DNA of 64,000 nucleotides from Entomortierella parvispora E1425 (GCA_020891255.1 BQFW01000003.1:682001-746000), one strand, 5' to 3'. Positions 47,701 through 62,300 are shown, counted from the first letter of the stretch. Made by a program: numbers and translations. Notes: a model not told the origin generated them from the letters alone.

Positions 47701-49097
47701 AGGAGCTGTTTGAAACCCTAGGGTCGTCCTCGGATGCGGCCAAAATGCGAGCCAAGATGCAGTCCATGCAACTCATCTCAGGTATTTTACGTCTGGATAA
47801 TGTCTACTTCATCCATCCATTTTTCATGTGGCCATTTCTAATACAGCGTCATTTTTCCGGTGCGCTTTAAATCGTAGATATGGAAGCTTTTAAGGCAGCG
47901 AACCCTGGCTGTGTGCTTGGTGACTTTATCCGATGGCACTCGCCAAAAGACTGGGTTGAGGACAAGGGAGAAATGAGTGCCCGTATGGCCGATGCTGGAA
48001 ACTATTGGCAAGAGCTGTGGAGTGTAAGTCTTTTGCAAGTATATTACGGCAATACAGCTTAATAACAACCCTCGGCAACTACTTTGCTAATGGATTGGCG
48101 CGTTTTCCTCTCCAACTTTAGAACTCCAAGAGAATTCCCGTGGCACGGCAAACGCCATTGTTCAACCACAACCGGGAGGCTGCCAAGGTGCTGTTCTACC
48201 TTGATAGTATCTCTGGCGATCAATTGTTTATTCTGTAAGTGATCTCGCAACTGGATCTGACTTCTTTGAAAAAAGTTTCTTGTTGATTTATTCCCCTTTT
48301 TTTCGTGTCTCCATTTGCTCCAGATTGCTTCCAACAATGTGTTTGTTGGCCTATGACACTCTGGTTTCACATCCCGTGGCGGCGTGCATTCAAACTGTAG
48401 CCAAGGGTCTACAAGAGTTGGGTCGGACGATGACGACTTTTCCTTGGAATGATATTACCTTTGGCGAAGGCGAGGGTGCGCACTTTGAAGTCATTCTTGA
48501 AAAATTCCGCAAAGTGGAACTTGTCATGGGCAGAGCTATTTCTCTGATCCGGAAGGTTGGTGAATTGTCTTTTTGAAGAATTGGATCTCGCCAAGGCTCT
48601 TCATGCTAACCAAGGATTTGGAATATACGTTTCTGAATAGTTCCCTGGACAGTTTGCACTAGTGGATCGGATACTGGGAGAACAGGAGACTGTGGTCAAT
48701 GAAGGCACAGAGCGAGAGAGCGTCTACGACCTCTTTTCTATAGGTGGTAAGAATGAAGAGCAGGAGCAAGAAAGGAGAGGGGGATAAAGGAATTCTTGGA
48801 AAGAACTGCGCTCTTCATTCCACTCGCTGACTTTGTGGATCTATCTACATTCCCTTACTTTTTTTTTTCTGCTGAGTAGGATCTATGCAATCGTCATTCC
48901 CACAACCAACATCGCGCGAGTTTGTGCTTGAAGTGCTGGATCCCATGCCAACCTCCCCAGACGGTCACGGTGAAGAGGAAACCACTATCCGTGGCATCTG
49001 GGACACTAGGCCGCTCACCAGAAGGATGTACGCCTGTTTCAAGGAGTCAGAGGCGCGCTTTGTAGAATCAGTCACCAAAGATAGTCTGTACGCGTAA
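44719..49097 (+). CDS. RAB3GAP1: Rab3 GTPase-activating protein catalytic subunit
   Basis: N-terminus FEFIDYTTSGPWERFITQIEDTLRTWGL; IDLRYNLLHQKLSMLNCCI; QEPGYMTEDMI; SDMEAFKAANPGCVLGDFIRWHSPKDW; MSARM...NYWQELW; LFNHNREAAKVLFYL. Confidence 0.9.
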
Positions 49098-50871
49098 AAT
49101 TTTTAAGTTGCTGGTCCGGATAAAAACCTACTTCAAAAAAAAAAAGAAATGTCGCGCGACCAGCCGCACCTGCCTGCTGCCAGGATGGGCTTGAGGGAAA
49201 AGTGCCGAGATGTAGGAGCTTGTCTGGTGCTTCGCAGTAGAGGAGAGTGTTTTTTTTTGCCATTGGTTTTGTTCATGTGGCCAAAAACCCATGAGAAACG
49301 GTGCAGAGGGTAGAATAGGAGGCCCTTTTGAATGTTGCAAGGGTGCACCACATCCATGCAACTCTATTGAATCTTTGGATGTCTCGAGGAAAGAGTTTAT
49401 CCTTTGTGAGCAAGCCAGCAAAAAGAAAGAACGTTTCCCCCCCTCCCTCCCACACTTTTTTTTCTGTTGTTGTTTTTTTGCGCCACGTCCATCCGAAAGG
49501 GTCAATCAATTGAGGTCAAAATTGCTCAGATTTTCGCACCATCTGACCTTGTGCTTATCTCATCCCAGGCCGGATTTGGACCGTTTTCTTCCTTTGACCG
49601 TGGAAGAAATTCCGGTGTCGACCATTTCCTTCCTTTTGGGTCCTTTGAAAAGAACAGCTGGTGGCCAACAGCAACAACAAGAGTTCTCCAGTCATGATTT
49701 CAAAAATGTGAAAGCGGTGTAAGTTTATTGTCGCCGGAGAAAGAGCGGCAAGACAGACCAAAAACAGAGAGGTGTGATGAAGGGTGGTGGTAGGGAGGGG
49801 AAAGGATGATGGACTGAAAGAGAGAACAAGCAGGACAAGCGGCAGTTTACGACCTATCCTTCCGTTGAAAGCATCTCTCTTTTCCTTGTTAAACAATGGC
49901 CTCGTAACCTGAGCCAGCGTTGTGCTCCTCGCGGTTTCCGAACAAGAAGTAAAGGACGAGACCCAAGATGGGGAACAAGAAGATGAGGAGGGACCCTATG
50001 TATCCGTATCAGGAAGAGAGAGAGTGAGAGAGAGAAAGAGGGAGAGAGAGAGAGGTGAGTTACTCCGTGTTGCCTGACCCTGTGGAGAAGCAGAAAACAA
50101 CAACAAATAAACAGGTTCTTGGGCCTGAGCTTGGCGCCAAACGAGAAAAGAGAGCGGGAAACTTACAGCCGAGCTTGGAGACGGTGGTGCGGTTCGAGTT
50201 GATGACCTCAAAGATGGCAATCAAGTCGAGGATGAAGATGACCTGGAATGAAAAGAAAAGGACAGGAGGTTGCGGTTAAGCGGTTAGGACTAGGGACAAA
50301 AAAAGGGAGGGGACCCATCATGACGTGAACGAGTCTTGGCGAACATGAAGACCCTTGTCCATGGACACATGGACACACTGGTTCCCATGACGCGAGCGAG
50401 AGCGAGAGCGAAGCGGTGGCATCGACCGTCGAGAAAACTCACCAAGCCAAAGAAGCTTCCTCCGTAAGTGGCAGCAGGATGCATGTTGAGAATGAAGAAG
50501 GGGGGTGAAAGAGGGGTGAATGAGAAGAAGAAAGGAAAAGAGAAAAGAGAAAAGAAGAGAAAGGGAGAAAGGACGGACAATCCTTTTCTGCTTTTGCGCG
50601 TGGGTGTTTTTTTTTTCTCTCTTTGTCCCTCTCTTTTTCTCTTTGTCTGCACGTACACTCAACCACCACATCAAAAGCGCAAAGCGCGGGCTGGGCTTGA
50701 GCTGGGCGTGTGAGCGTCCATTCGACGCTGTTGTGCTTTGTCCCACCACTTGCGTCTGTGCAAAGGCCCGCCGCCCATCTGTCCATTGGGGGTCTACGGA
50801 TCTTTTTTTGTATGATCTTCCGCGGTATCTTATTAAAGGTATTGTGGCCCGTCCAGGTCTACAGTACTTTT

Positions 50872-53147
50872 CTACTCCTCGCGCCGTCCGAGATCACCTG
50901 GGAGTCGGACAATCACTTGACCGTCCTCGTCCTCTTCTTCGTCATCCTCATCCGACTCCAGGTCGTGCTCGTCCTCTGCCACAAACGTGGCTTCCTCTTG
51001 GATCCTCACACGCCGAGATTGCTCCCGAGCCAGCCCTTGCTGAGCCCGCGGCTGTGCCTGCAAGGGTCGTCGCCCGCTTGTCGTGGGGTTCGCTTGCGCC
51101 TTGGACAATAATCCCACGCTGTGGTCACCCTCTTCCTCAAACGAGTCCCGGTCATCCTCATCCTCATCCTCCGCTTCGTAATCCTCCTCCGAGTCTTCAA
51201 AGATGATTTCTGACTGTAGGCCCTTGGGTGTCCTCATGAAGTGAGCTCCTGCACCCTTGGAGTCTCCACTCTCTGACTGGTACTTCTTTTTCAAAATCGA
51301 GGGCAAATCCTGCGCGGCTCTTCGTCGCTGCTCTTCCAACTGGAACATCTCGTCATTGACCTTGGTATAGTTTCTCTGATTCCATTTCCGGAGGCAGCGG
51401 GTGGAGCCTGCAATCACCAGCAGGACAAACCCAAACACCACTGTGCCAATGATGATGGCAGTGCGGGTAATATTCGAGATGTAGGTCGATTCATCATCGA
51501 TCGTGGCCCGGATGTGATGAGTCCAGGTGGACTGGTTGGTATTGTAAGCCAGGATCGGAAGGACGGACGTCAAAGGCACATTTCTTCCCATGTCGAACCC
51601 TAGGATGGAGGCAGAGAAGGTTAGAAACATAATCTTATTCCTCTCTTACTGAAACCGTTTGAGAAAAGTACGTGAAAAAGACCCCAGGGAGAGCGAGGCA
51701 TGAAAACTTACCGGATACGCCCAAGATGTATTCGTGGTATTGAAGTAATGTGTGGTCGGCTCTGGGTCCTGGTCCGTCGGGTCCACGTGTCCAGACCCAT
51801 CGGTCCGTATCCAAAATCCAGAGATCATTCAACACGTGTTGGTAAGGCTTGACTCCTCCGTGCATGTAAATCTTGTTGTCAATGGCCAAGAATGCTGCCT
51901 TTTCGCGAGTATCAGGTAACGGTCCATTGTTTGCCACAGTCTAGAAAGAACCCCCAAAAAAGAACCAATTATCCTCTGTTAGACTGTGATGCTAAATGAA
52001 ATAAAAAGCATGGACCCCCATCCACGCCTCGATCTACATTCTTCTTACCAACTCCCTCCTTGACCATGTGCTTGTCACGGTCGAAAACACATAGGCATGA
52101 TCGCATCCTCGAAGCTCTCCTTGGTCTGCATCGCCAGGTGTAAAGGAATTGGCCGTTCCGGAAATGATTACAATTTCGTCCCCTACCACCGTCGCAACGC
52201 CTTGGCCCACGAACGGTGCATTCTCCTCCAAGATGCTGACCAAGGTCCATCCTTGCAACAGGAATGAAGTGGGGAACAAAGTTGAACTGCTCTCCTGGAG
52301 GTCAATCCGACCCATAAATGAATTCAACGTGGCAAGATCCTTTCGGAGGATCACCTGTCGCAAAGGGGCTGAGCTCTGCAAGATAATAAACCAAGCCAAC
52401 TTTGAATTGTCGACCGCGACCACGGGTGCCATCCAGTTCCCCAGAACAAGTGCCGTTGTTTTGTTAAAGCCCAGATCCTCTGTAGCGTTGACCAGGTCGA
52501 TGGATTGCCATGTATTCATGATGGGATTGTACATGTTGAAGCCGATCCATGGTAGTTGTGATGACGGCGTGGCTGATGGTTGTGCCGCTTCTTCTCCCTC
52601 GGCGGGGGTTTCTGTTGTGTCCTTGTCAGCATCGTCTGCACATCCAGCTCGACCAAACTCGATCAGATAAGGCGAGATGTTCTCGGCCGAAAGGGTGTTG
52701 TTATTGTTGAGTGTTTGGTTGCGAGGTATCGTCAAGGACCGGAGCCCTATCCCTGAAACTGGAGGAAGATCTATGGCGTGATTCTTGAGCGGAACAGATT
52801 CCCATGTGGCCTCGGTCAGGTTCCAGGCATGAAACTGTCCGAGCCGAAGCCGCCAAATGTCAGATATACATCCAGATTCAAGAAAGCCATCAGACTTGGA
52901 TCCTATCAGGAGGAGAAGGAAGAGGGCAAGGGGGTGAGGTCAGAGAGGTGTAAAGAGAAGGAAGCGGACAGGCCAAGGACAGCAGGACTCTTGCTCTACC
53001 TCCGTGGACATAGAGTTCGTCGCCGAGGATCGCGACTGTCTGTGAAGAGAGAACAGGACCGGGTCCCGTCTGGGCCTCCATTCCCTTGAGCATCCCGAGC
53101 ATGAACGAAAAGAGCGAGAGTCGCGCCCAGCATCGTTGTTGTCTCAT
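50872..53147 (-). CDS. Type I membrane protein with kelch/galactose-oxidase-like repeats and an acidic cytosolic tail
   Basis: Signal peptide MRQQRCWARLSLFSFMLGML; kelch signatures ELYVHGG, KIYMHGG...NDLWILDTDRWVW, DEIVIISG; TM IIIGTVVFGFVLLVIAG followed by RCLRK; D/E-rich tail. Internal exon limits approximate. Confidence 0.78.
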
Positions 53148-53630
53148 GGTGTAGGTGTGTATGTCAATATAGATGTTGCTGTGCGTTGGCTGACTGAGAA
53201 GGAAAGGGGATGATGAAGTCGATGAGGGATGGCCCAGCGCGAAGGGTGCGAATAATTGAACGAGCGGATGAGTGCGTGCGTGAATGGAGAAAAGAGAACA
53301 AGGGGGCAAAGTGCAAGCAAGAGAACAAAAGAGAGAAAGTCGATGGATGCAACCAGCCATCCAGCCATCCAGCCATCCATCCATTCATGGATGAAACTGC
53401 CTGGGCGCAGTGATGAGCCCTCCTTCCTCTCGACTCTCTTTCGCTCTTCCTCTCTTTCGCTCTTCCTATCTTTTCTCGCGCTCTCTCCTATTTCTCTCCT
53501 ATCTCGTCGCTGCACGGCCTCTTGCCTCGGTCACACCGCCGAACCTCACTCCACTCTACTCCAGCCCATCGATGCCCTCTATCATGTTACATGGGTCGTA
53601 TATTATGTTACAAAAGGAGTCTTTCCGAAA

Positions 53631-55186
53631 CTACTCTGCAGAGGCGGTAGGGGTTGGTGCCTCACTGTCCGCTGGCCTCGATGCCTTCTTGATCGCGACC
53701 TCCAATCCAGGAGGGGCGTCGCGACCAAAGACTTCCTGGATAAACTTGACCATGTTCTCCTCGGGTATCTCCACCCTGGCACGTGCTCCCCAGCGGTATT
53801 CATACTCAACTTTCTCGCCTGATTCATCCATATGGTCCAGTTTGAACTTTTCCAGGTAACGTTTCTTGATCAACACGTCCAGTTTCCTTGTAATATCTCC
53901 AAATGATGACGACTCTTCCAAAAGGGACAACCGGCGGAGGTTGGAGATCAAGACACCTTTTTGTTTTTGAAAGAATACAAACGCAAACGTTAGTCACCGA
54001 AAACCCTGTATCAAGATCAAAAGGGACGACGACGACCCCCTCCCCTTATTTTTTTCTAAGAAAAAAGAAAACTTACTCTCCTGAAGGGTGCCTTCGCGAA
54101 CCATGATAAAACTCAGGATCACCATCAGCAAGCCCATGTCCTCAACTTCGCTTTCCCAGTCAATAGCGGACCCTTGCAAAAGCTGGGTCGGCAGAATGTT
54201 CTTGAGCATGTATGATTTAGTGCCTATGTTGAGCAAGCAATGAGCGGTGTTAAACATAATCCTAGCTCTTCATCAAGATGCCATGAAAAGGATACGGGGT
54301 GGTTGACTTTATGTTCTTTACCTTTCTCTGCTGACTGTCCACCACGACCTTTGGAAGTGAGCTCTACCAACTCCATACCAAAGACATCTCGCAAGCGCTC
54401 CTGGGCCTTGTTAAAGACATGATCCAATGCTCTTCCATGGTTCCCCAAAACTAAAAGAAAATCGAAAAGTACATGAATAAGGCGACTCTTTCATCACAAG
54501 ATCTTTGTACAAACTTCATTCACATCATTGTTTTCATTCTCCTTACCCTCCTTAATATCCTCTCTCTTCAAGGCCGATTCCGAGTGCGCTGTAAAGATGG
54601 CCAGGCGGACCACATCCTTGATCAATCTCTCCATGTCCTCGGCAGGGATTGCAGCTGCGGAAGCCGCACCGCGAACGCCAGAAGTGGCCGCCTGTTTGCT
54701 AACTGGAACATGAATGTCGGATCCTTGATCACTGTCGTCCTCTCTCATGGCTCTCTTTTGGGAACCAGATGACTGGCTCTGTGCTGGACGCTTGTTTCTC
54801 TGCGAACTACTACTTCCGCCATAAGACTCGTCGTCCTAGATAAGATGGAATAGACGAGGGGTGAGTACAAATTACATAATATTCAGGGAAAACCCTTCTG
54901 TCGAGTATAGCTTTTTTTTCCCGTAGGAAACCAAGAAAAGAAGGATCCTTCTCGGGCCATTGATACTTTTGCTGACTTACATCAAGGATACGCCGCCTTC
55001 CGCTCTGCAATGAGAGAATGAATCGAGTCAAAAAAACAAGAACAAGTAGACGAATGTTAATCATCCGTACAGTTGGCTGAATTAGAGTATTTCCTCTTCA
55101 TGCTCGGTATCATCCAGTTCCAGTTGCAATGGTTGTCCTGGTCCAATGTCCGTCTTTGCTTCCTATGCCTCGGTTGTCATTACCAT
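53631..55186 (-). CDS. NSE3: MAGE-family Smc5/6 subunit Nse3
   Basis: LIKDVVRLAIF...LKREDI; VFNKAQERLRDVFGMELVEL; TKSYMLKNIL; GLLMVILSFIM; YLEKFK...YEYRWGARARVEI. The start M|SGRRRILD|DDES is inferred from phase-0 introns. Confidence 0.9.
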
Positions 55187-55284
55187 GGTGTGTATATGTG
55201 TTGTATAAAGAACGAAATGAAATGCGTGGCAAAGATGAATCGACTCAAAGTTGGGCCTGATGTCGGCTTGCCACCAAAAAACAG

Positions 55285-55360
55285 AACTCGCGTTTCCTGA
55301 CTGTTTGATAATCTAAGCCACCGGTGTTTTTTCACGCGTCAATAAACTGACCGCGACTTT
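55285..55360 (-). promoter_or_regulatory. Cluster of MCB/SCB-like CGCG elements upstream of NSE3
   Basis: CTCGCGTTTC at ~55287, ACGCGT at 55334-55339 and CCGCGA at 55351, 100-170 bp upstream of the inferred ATG. Confidence 0.35.
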
Positions 55361-55677
55361 TTTTTTTTTTCTCAAAGTATCCGGTGCTGTAAGGGTCCGA
55401 GTGCAAACAAGGTCATCCCGTCCTCGGCCGACACAACGGAACTTTTTTGATAAAAAAAAAGTCATAAGTGAACAACAAAATGCAGTTTATTAAGTAGAAT
55501 TACTGAGTAGAAAGAAAATGCCACAACAACAGACGATGAAATTACGGTACTGAAAAAAAGAGTCATTCAAAAAAAAGGTCATTAAAGAAATAGGGATGAA
55601 CAGGGTCATGAAAAGAAAAGGACGATGAAGAAGAGTCATGAAAGAACATCAAGTTGAAAAGTCATTGCTGCTGTTTT

Positions 55678-58240
55678 TCACAACAACTTCCCAGTGCCTG
55701 TGGGAGGCGGAAGGAAGGTCAGCCCGGGTCTGATACCCGTGGTAGTACCTGTAATCATTCGAAGGAGCCACATGGGTGTGAATCGAAGCACAATGCTTCT
55801 GGCCACATCTGCCTTGAACCCCTACAGATCATTGAAATTGTAAAAAGCACAAATAGTGGATGAGTCCTACTTGCTACTCTTGGGATATATGCACCCATAT
55901 GGAAAACACGTCAATTTTTTGTTACCTGGTCATAAATAAGATCGGCAAACTCTCGTGAACTGTCCGAGGCGACCCGAGCGGGTCCAGACCGCTGCTCAAC
56001 ATAACTTTTGAAGATTGCAGTCAAGTCTGCAGAGGAGCGCGAAGGGAGATCATATAACATGTTCACAAGACAGGCAGCATCCAAGATGGCTTGCGAGGCA
56101 CCTTGGCCAAAGAAAGGCACAATCTATGTAAACAATAATCAAGAGATTTAACATCCCATCGCTCTAACTTTTGATTGTCAACCATCGATTTCAATCTATG
56201 AAACCGTACCTTGTGGCACGCGTCTCCAATAAGGACAATTCGTCCGTGGTACCAAGTGCAACACATCTTTTCTTCCAAAAGCACCTTGGAGACCAACCCC
56301 TTGGGTGTGGCATCAATAATATCCATGACGGACCCCCCGTAAGGGCACTTGAAGTTTCGTACATCTTCACAAATCTCGACGGCCGTTTCAGGATACCAAT
56401 CCTGTGGAGAATTACGGCCACTAGAGGTTGGGGATTGACGACCTCGGCCAATGGAGGAAGGAGGTGATTGACGGCCGCTGCCGTGGCTATGATTTGAGGG
56501 AGAGGAGCGGCCTGACCCAGTATCTTGCATCATCATCTGAGGGTCAGGTCCTCCAACGCACCACGCCAATCGGTTACCTTGCAAAGGAAGGATCCACATC
56601 TAACAAAGACGCGCGACATTTTAAAAAAAAATGGAACGCCAAGACGGAAAAGAAGGAATGGTAAACAAATAAGCATGATGATCGAGTTTTTGGATTCAAA
56701 AGACGTTCCACTCACTCTCCCCTTCCTAAAGAGTGTATTTTCCCCTCTTATTCTCAAAGGTCGGACATCGAGTCGGACCTCAAGAACACAAGGAAACAGA
56801 GTGTGGGTTTGTGCCATGTGTCCTCCATGCAATGTTTCGCTTCGCCTGGCCCGCACGGTAAAAAAAAGGAGTCAGGCCCCAACTCCGACGTCCATGATGG
56901 AATCCGGCAGGGGCAAGCAGAGGATGGGGGCAAAGAGGGCAAAGGGCGTAAACCAAGCCAAACCCTGTTCCCAAGAACACCGCACCCACCCCATCGGTCT
57001 TTTTTCTTCTTTGTGTTCTCTTTGTCAGTCCCTTTTTTTTTTCCTTTCTTTCTTCAAAAGTCAATCCGTGTACTTGTACGACATATACTTACAGAGGTGT
57101 GTTGGTCCTTCCCAAGAAGAACCTTGACTTCGCAGCCGCTATCCAAGAGCACAGGGTATTTCACTGGGTCTAACGGACATGTCATCCCTGTTGTGCCACA
57201 AAGAGACTGTGTTGTGAGTAATCAACAAAAGACAAAGCAAAGGCAAAAAAAAACTGTCGCATGCACGACAGGGTCACTTCCGTAATGAAACCCACACACC
57301 CTCCAGGTACCACAGATCATAATAACAACAAAAAACGTCAGTCAAGTCTTTTTTTTTTGTTTTTTGTTTTGACTTACCAACCACACATTGCTTGTCCACA
57401 TAAAGTGGCGTCTTGTCCGCCTCTGGGAGCAGTCCTTGCATCTTCAAATCAGAATACATGATCCGTCGTGTTGCACTGTAAGCGCCATCGGCACCCACGA
57501 CCAAATGACCAAAAAAAGTGGATTCGTCCGCACAGGTCACCAACACCCCTGACTGGGTCTCGGTCATGCCCAGGACGCGCATCCCCGTCGTCAATTTTTG
57601 AGCCGGAATCTTTGAAAGGAGCAACTCGTGCAGATCTGGCCTATAGGATCGGGTGATCAAGGTGGGGTGGGGAAGGGAGGAGATCAAAAAAATAATGTCC
57701 AGTCAGGAATCAGGAGGAGGGTCCAATTATTTTTACAGACATCCCAAAAGAGGCCAGGCCGACCGGGGTAAAGGGCTGTTTCCTTTCTCTCTCTCTTTCT
57801 CTTACCTGCTCATCACCATGGCTTGATGTCCTCTCCTAAAAATCGATGGAATGAAATAATGCAGCGAGAGCGAGTCAGCGGAGAGAGCGATAGCAATGGC
57901 TATATACTTTTTTTTTTGGACATGCATGTTAACGAATATCAATGTACTTTTGCTTCTTGCTTCGGGTATCAATGCGTCCGACTTTGCGGCCTTTGGAGGA
58001 CAAAACTGTGATCCCACGGAGGGGTTTAGACATGGCCACCATCTCGTCCAGCAGACCAAGCTGATCCACAATGTCCAGGATCACTGGATGCAACGAGATG
58101 GATGTGCCTAGAGGACGCAGACGTGAAGCCTGTTCCAAGATGTGATAGTCGATGCCGGCCTTCTCGAGCATGATGGCCATGATCAGACCAGCCAAGCCAG
58201 CGCCGACAATGATAACACGGAGGTCTGAAGGTGGGGGCAT
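55678..58240 (-). CDS. FAD-dependent monooxygenase (FAD_binding_3; salicylate hydroxylase/zeaxanthin epoxidase-like), ~7 exons
   Basis: VIIVGAGLAGL (Rossmann GxGxxG); RPDLHELLL; LVVGADGAYS (DG motif); RIVLIGDACHK.VPFFGQGASQAILDA (GD motif). Stop at 55678-55680. Confidence 0.9.
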
Positions 58241-59321
58241 TTCGGAATGTAGGGAGTATGAAAGGAGGGGATAATAAAATGAGAAGGGTCGCGTGTGTGT
58301 GCAAGTGTGTTTTGTGTAAAAACGTGTGTGGATACGGGGATACGGGTGAAGGAGGATCGATGTGTTCAAATAGGGAGGGTGTTTCTACAATTGAACAAAA
58401 GGGTCAATTGACTGAATGGAGAAGAAAGAGATGGTGATGAGGAGAGGAAGAAGATCAGACAAAAAGAGCATAGAGAAGAGTAAGAGAAAGAAAGAGAGAG
58501 ATAGAGAGAAGGGGATGAGTGGGGTTGCAAATAAGGAAGCGGAGGATCATCCCCACCATGTGCACCGTTCCCTCGTCCGTCGTCATTTCCGTCCCACCCG
58601 TATTTGTCCACTTTGTCGCTTTCCCTCCGTTCCCTCTGTTCCGTCTGACTTTGAGGCCAAACTTCGGGGCGCACTGGATTGGAGGAGAAAGCCGGGGTGG
58701 TTCTCGTTGCTGCAAGTATTAATACGACTATACCACGCCACCCCTTCGGGGGCGAACACATGCACAGCTGGGCGAACACAGAGAGCTGCCGCCAGCCTGA
58801 AGAGGTTGCAAGGCCGAAGAAAAAAAAAGCTTCTTATTCTTAACTGTTGGGCTGCTCTCAAGGTGTCGGATATGACATTTTGTTCTTGAACTGAGCTGAG
58901 CTGAATTGAGAACAAGGTGGACATGGCGTTGCGCCCACATCTCCTGCGACCCAGTCCCTGCTAAGCGGGTACCACTCTCCTTCAATGACGCTATGCAGCA
59001 GCACCCCATCTAATCGATTTCACATCAACTCATAAACCAATTTTAACGGTGCGCTCAGATGCACATGTCGGAGACTGAGAACTGAGGATGGATTGCAGAT
59101 TGAAACTGCAGAAGGGTCTCTTTTTTCATGTCTTTTTTTTCTTTTATGATTTTGTTACAAACACACAGCTATGGAGGGTGCGAGGGGTGGGCGGCAAATT
59201 AGTGCTTGTACGCCAGGCAAACAGTCCGTCGAAGGCGGCGTTGGTCATCAGTCCTAGTTGAATTCGGTTCTTTTAAACTGCTCTGACTTGTGGTCATAGC
59301 CGAAAGAGAGTGCTTTGAGAC

Positions 59322-62300
59322 TCAAGCGGCTCGGTTTCGAAGGCGACGAGGTCCATAGTCCTTCTTTGATTTGACTGCCGACATTGCCTTCCCATTCACC
59401 GCACTGTCCTTCGAGAGATGAAGGGCCTCCGTATCTTCTACCAGGGTATCTGTTGATGCACTGTTGGGCGACGAAGAGGAGGCAGCAGAAAAGTCGGTTG
59501 TCGCCGCAGTACTGGCGCCGTTGAAGGACAACTTGGCGGCGGCGTAGATTGACAGGGCCTCTAGATCTGGTGTCACCTCCAACACCTCAACCACATCCTC
59601 GTCTTCCGATTCATCAGTCTCAATCTCGATGGGGTACTCTGGCGCATCTATGAAGTTCTCGTCATTGTCGTTGTCCTCAGCCAGATCCTCGCCGAGGTAG
59701 TCGTCCTCGTCCTGTACTATTGAATCGTCTGGAGTGCCAGAAAGTGACGACAGCTCCTCCTCGTCATCACTGCTATCGTCCTCTTCTTCAGAGATAGGCG
59801 CCTGTTCCGCTTCCTCCCGCTCCAACGCCTGGGCGCGAAGATCATCAATGACACCATCAAGGCTACGCTTGCGACACTGCCGTGCTTGCATCAACCAAGC
59901 CCGATCCACCTTATCCTGATAACTTCTCGACTTTGTCTGAGCGTATTTGACGTACTATTGTAGGGCAATCATCCATTAGTCAGGTACATCAACAAAAAAA
60001 AAAAAAAAAAAATACTTCTTGAATCTTACCTTTGACTCCACCAGGCGCACATTGCGGAAGAGGAAAAGCCGGGTGTATCGAATAGCAATCATTTTGCCCA
60101 ACTTGTACTTGTCTGACTGACGCATTCGAATCTGACCAATACTTGGCATCTGTCCCAAACGTTGTGAACTTTGCTCCATGTCGTGTACCTAAATAATACC
60201 ATAGTGGATGTCGCCCACAAGAAAACCATTAGATTCTGTCCAGCGATGGGATAGCTAAACCCACAACTGATGTTTTGGACTTACTCTGCGGTGGCCTCCT
60301 TTGCGTTTGTCGCCCTTTTTCTTTCCAGATTTTGAAGACGAGCCCAGAGCGCCAGACTCTGGAACTGCTTTCTTTGAGCTTGTTCGTTCACCGATGTAAC
60401 CGCGGCAGTTGGGTGCATCACAGCGACAGAGTTGTTTTTGAGCACCACTGAAGGAAGAGAAGTTGTAGTCATAGCTGATCTCTGCGCCAGCGGGAATATC
60501 CTGAGAGGCAAAAATTCCAATGCTCATCTCGCCGTTCAAGAACCACTTTTCGATTTGACTGTTGGGTGAACAACTAGAAGAAAGTAATAGAAAACAATAT
60601 TCGATGAGACTCCATTGCGTTTGCATGACCTGCGAGTAGATCGTATTATAGCAGTCATTTTACCTGTGATTAACGAATCGAGCGTTTGTTCCCTTCATAC
60701 AGGCATCGACAACTTCACCCTTCTCGTACTCCAAAAAGTAAAAGTTCTTGTTGTTTTTGTAAATGCCCTCCATGCGCTCATGGCAAAGCGCCTGAGAAAT
60801 GACCTCTCCACGGTACTCGATAACAAGATTGCCCTTCTTGATAGGTTCCAGTGTTTGAATACCAAATCCACGCTCTGGCGTCTATTAGGTGATATTAGAT
60901 GGTACAAGGTTAGTGAGTGTCACTAATTAAAACTCCAAGCGATTCACATATAACAACTGCTCTTCTTACGTAAATGACGCGAAGATGGTCTTCGCTGTGC
61001 TTCCTTTGGAACCGCTGATTAGAACATTGATCTCCGCAAGGGCAATGGGCAGAAATGCACTCGTAAAACATGACGCGATTATAGCAATCTTCGCCGCATC
61101 CTACTCGGCCAGCTCCTGGAGGAGGTCGAACACAGTGACAAACCATCGGACTAGTTTCTGTTCTACGTTTACGTTCCACGAAGATATCTAACAAAAGAGT
61201 ACATGAGGCTCGGTGAGTTGTTCGTCAAGAGAGCAGCAAGAGACATATTTTCCAAAAAAAAAAATTCTTACTGCTTCTGATTTTGGTAAATGGCTCGGGT
61301 TGTTTAGTCAAGCGCAAAAGACCATGTTTCCAGGCATGCATGATATCGTAGGGCAGGACGAAATCTCGTTGCTTCTCCAACAATGTGGCGCCATAGTTGA
61401 TCGGCAAAGGGAATGCCCTGTTTCCATGCTCAGGTGCCTTTAAGACTGCCCGAGTTCCCGCTCTTGTTGGCTTGGTTGAATTCTTTGAGGTCGCTGGTGC
61501 GGGGGCAGGGTTCACCTTTAAATCTGATGAATACAATCCTGATTTCAGATATGTCTTCTTCACAAGTCGGGCAACCACCTTGGCCGATTCGTCATTAATA
61601 GATGATTCGTCATCCTATATCAAGAATTAAAGAAAGGTGTTAACAGAAGAAACATGAAGAAAAAAAGAAGAAACAAGGCATGTTCCACACAATCAACATA
61701 CAGAATCGGACTCTGGGTCATTTTTCGTCTTTGATGATGTTGCAGCCGAGGTTTGCTTCGTGCTCTGTTTTCCTGCGTGCATTGCGACGGGCGCTTTTTT
61801 AACGGCAACGACCTGCTTTGGCTTTGCTTTCTCAGCTAGTTTCGCCTTTTCAACCAGCTTCGCCTTTTCAGCCAGTTTCGCTCTCTCGACCGACTTTGCC
61901 TTCTCCACCAGCTTGGCCTTTACGATCGATTTCGGCTTTGGGCCTGGCTTGCCTTTTTCAATGTCCTTCTGTGGCTTCACGGACTCCTCGTCCTTGGGTT
62001 GCTTTTTGTACTCGGTTTTAAATTCCGGCAGGATCAATCCATCTGGACCTCTAGGGAGCGGAGGTCGACCGGGACCACGCTTTACTCCATTGGCGTCATA
62101 TCCTTTGATAACCCTGTTGGGGTTACGGGGTCTGCCAACACTTCTCTTGGGGGGTGGAGGTGGAGGGATAAATCCAGGAGGGTACTTCCATGGTGGTCTT
62201 CCTGGTCCTCTTTTAACTGGGGGCGTCACGACAGCTGGTATTAACGAAGCCTGACTCGAACCGCCGGCTGCGTTGTTGTTCAGGAAAGCGACCTGGTTGG

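Noticed and set aside
54282-54990. Two GTATCCTT (U12 donor-like) motifs in NSE3, plus one at 10402
   Set aside because: Ordinary U2 GT-AG splicing already gives the correct frame, and no U12 branch point (TCCTTAAC) is positioned to match.
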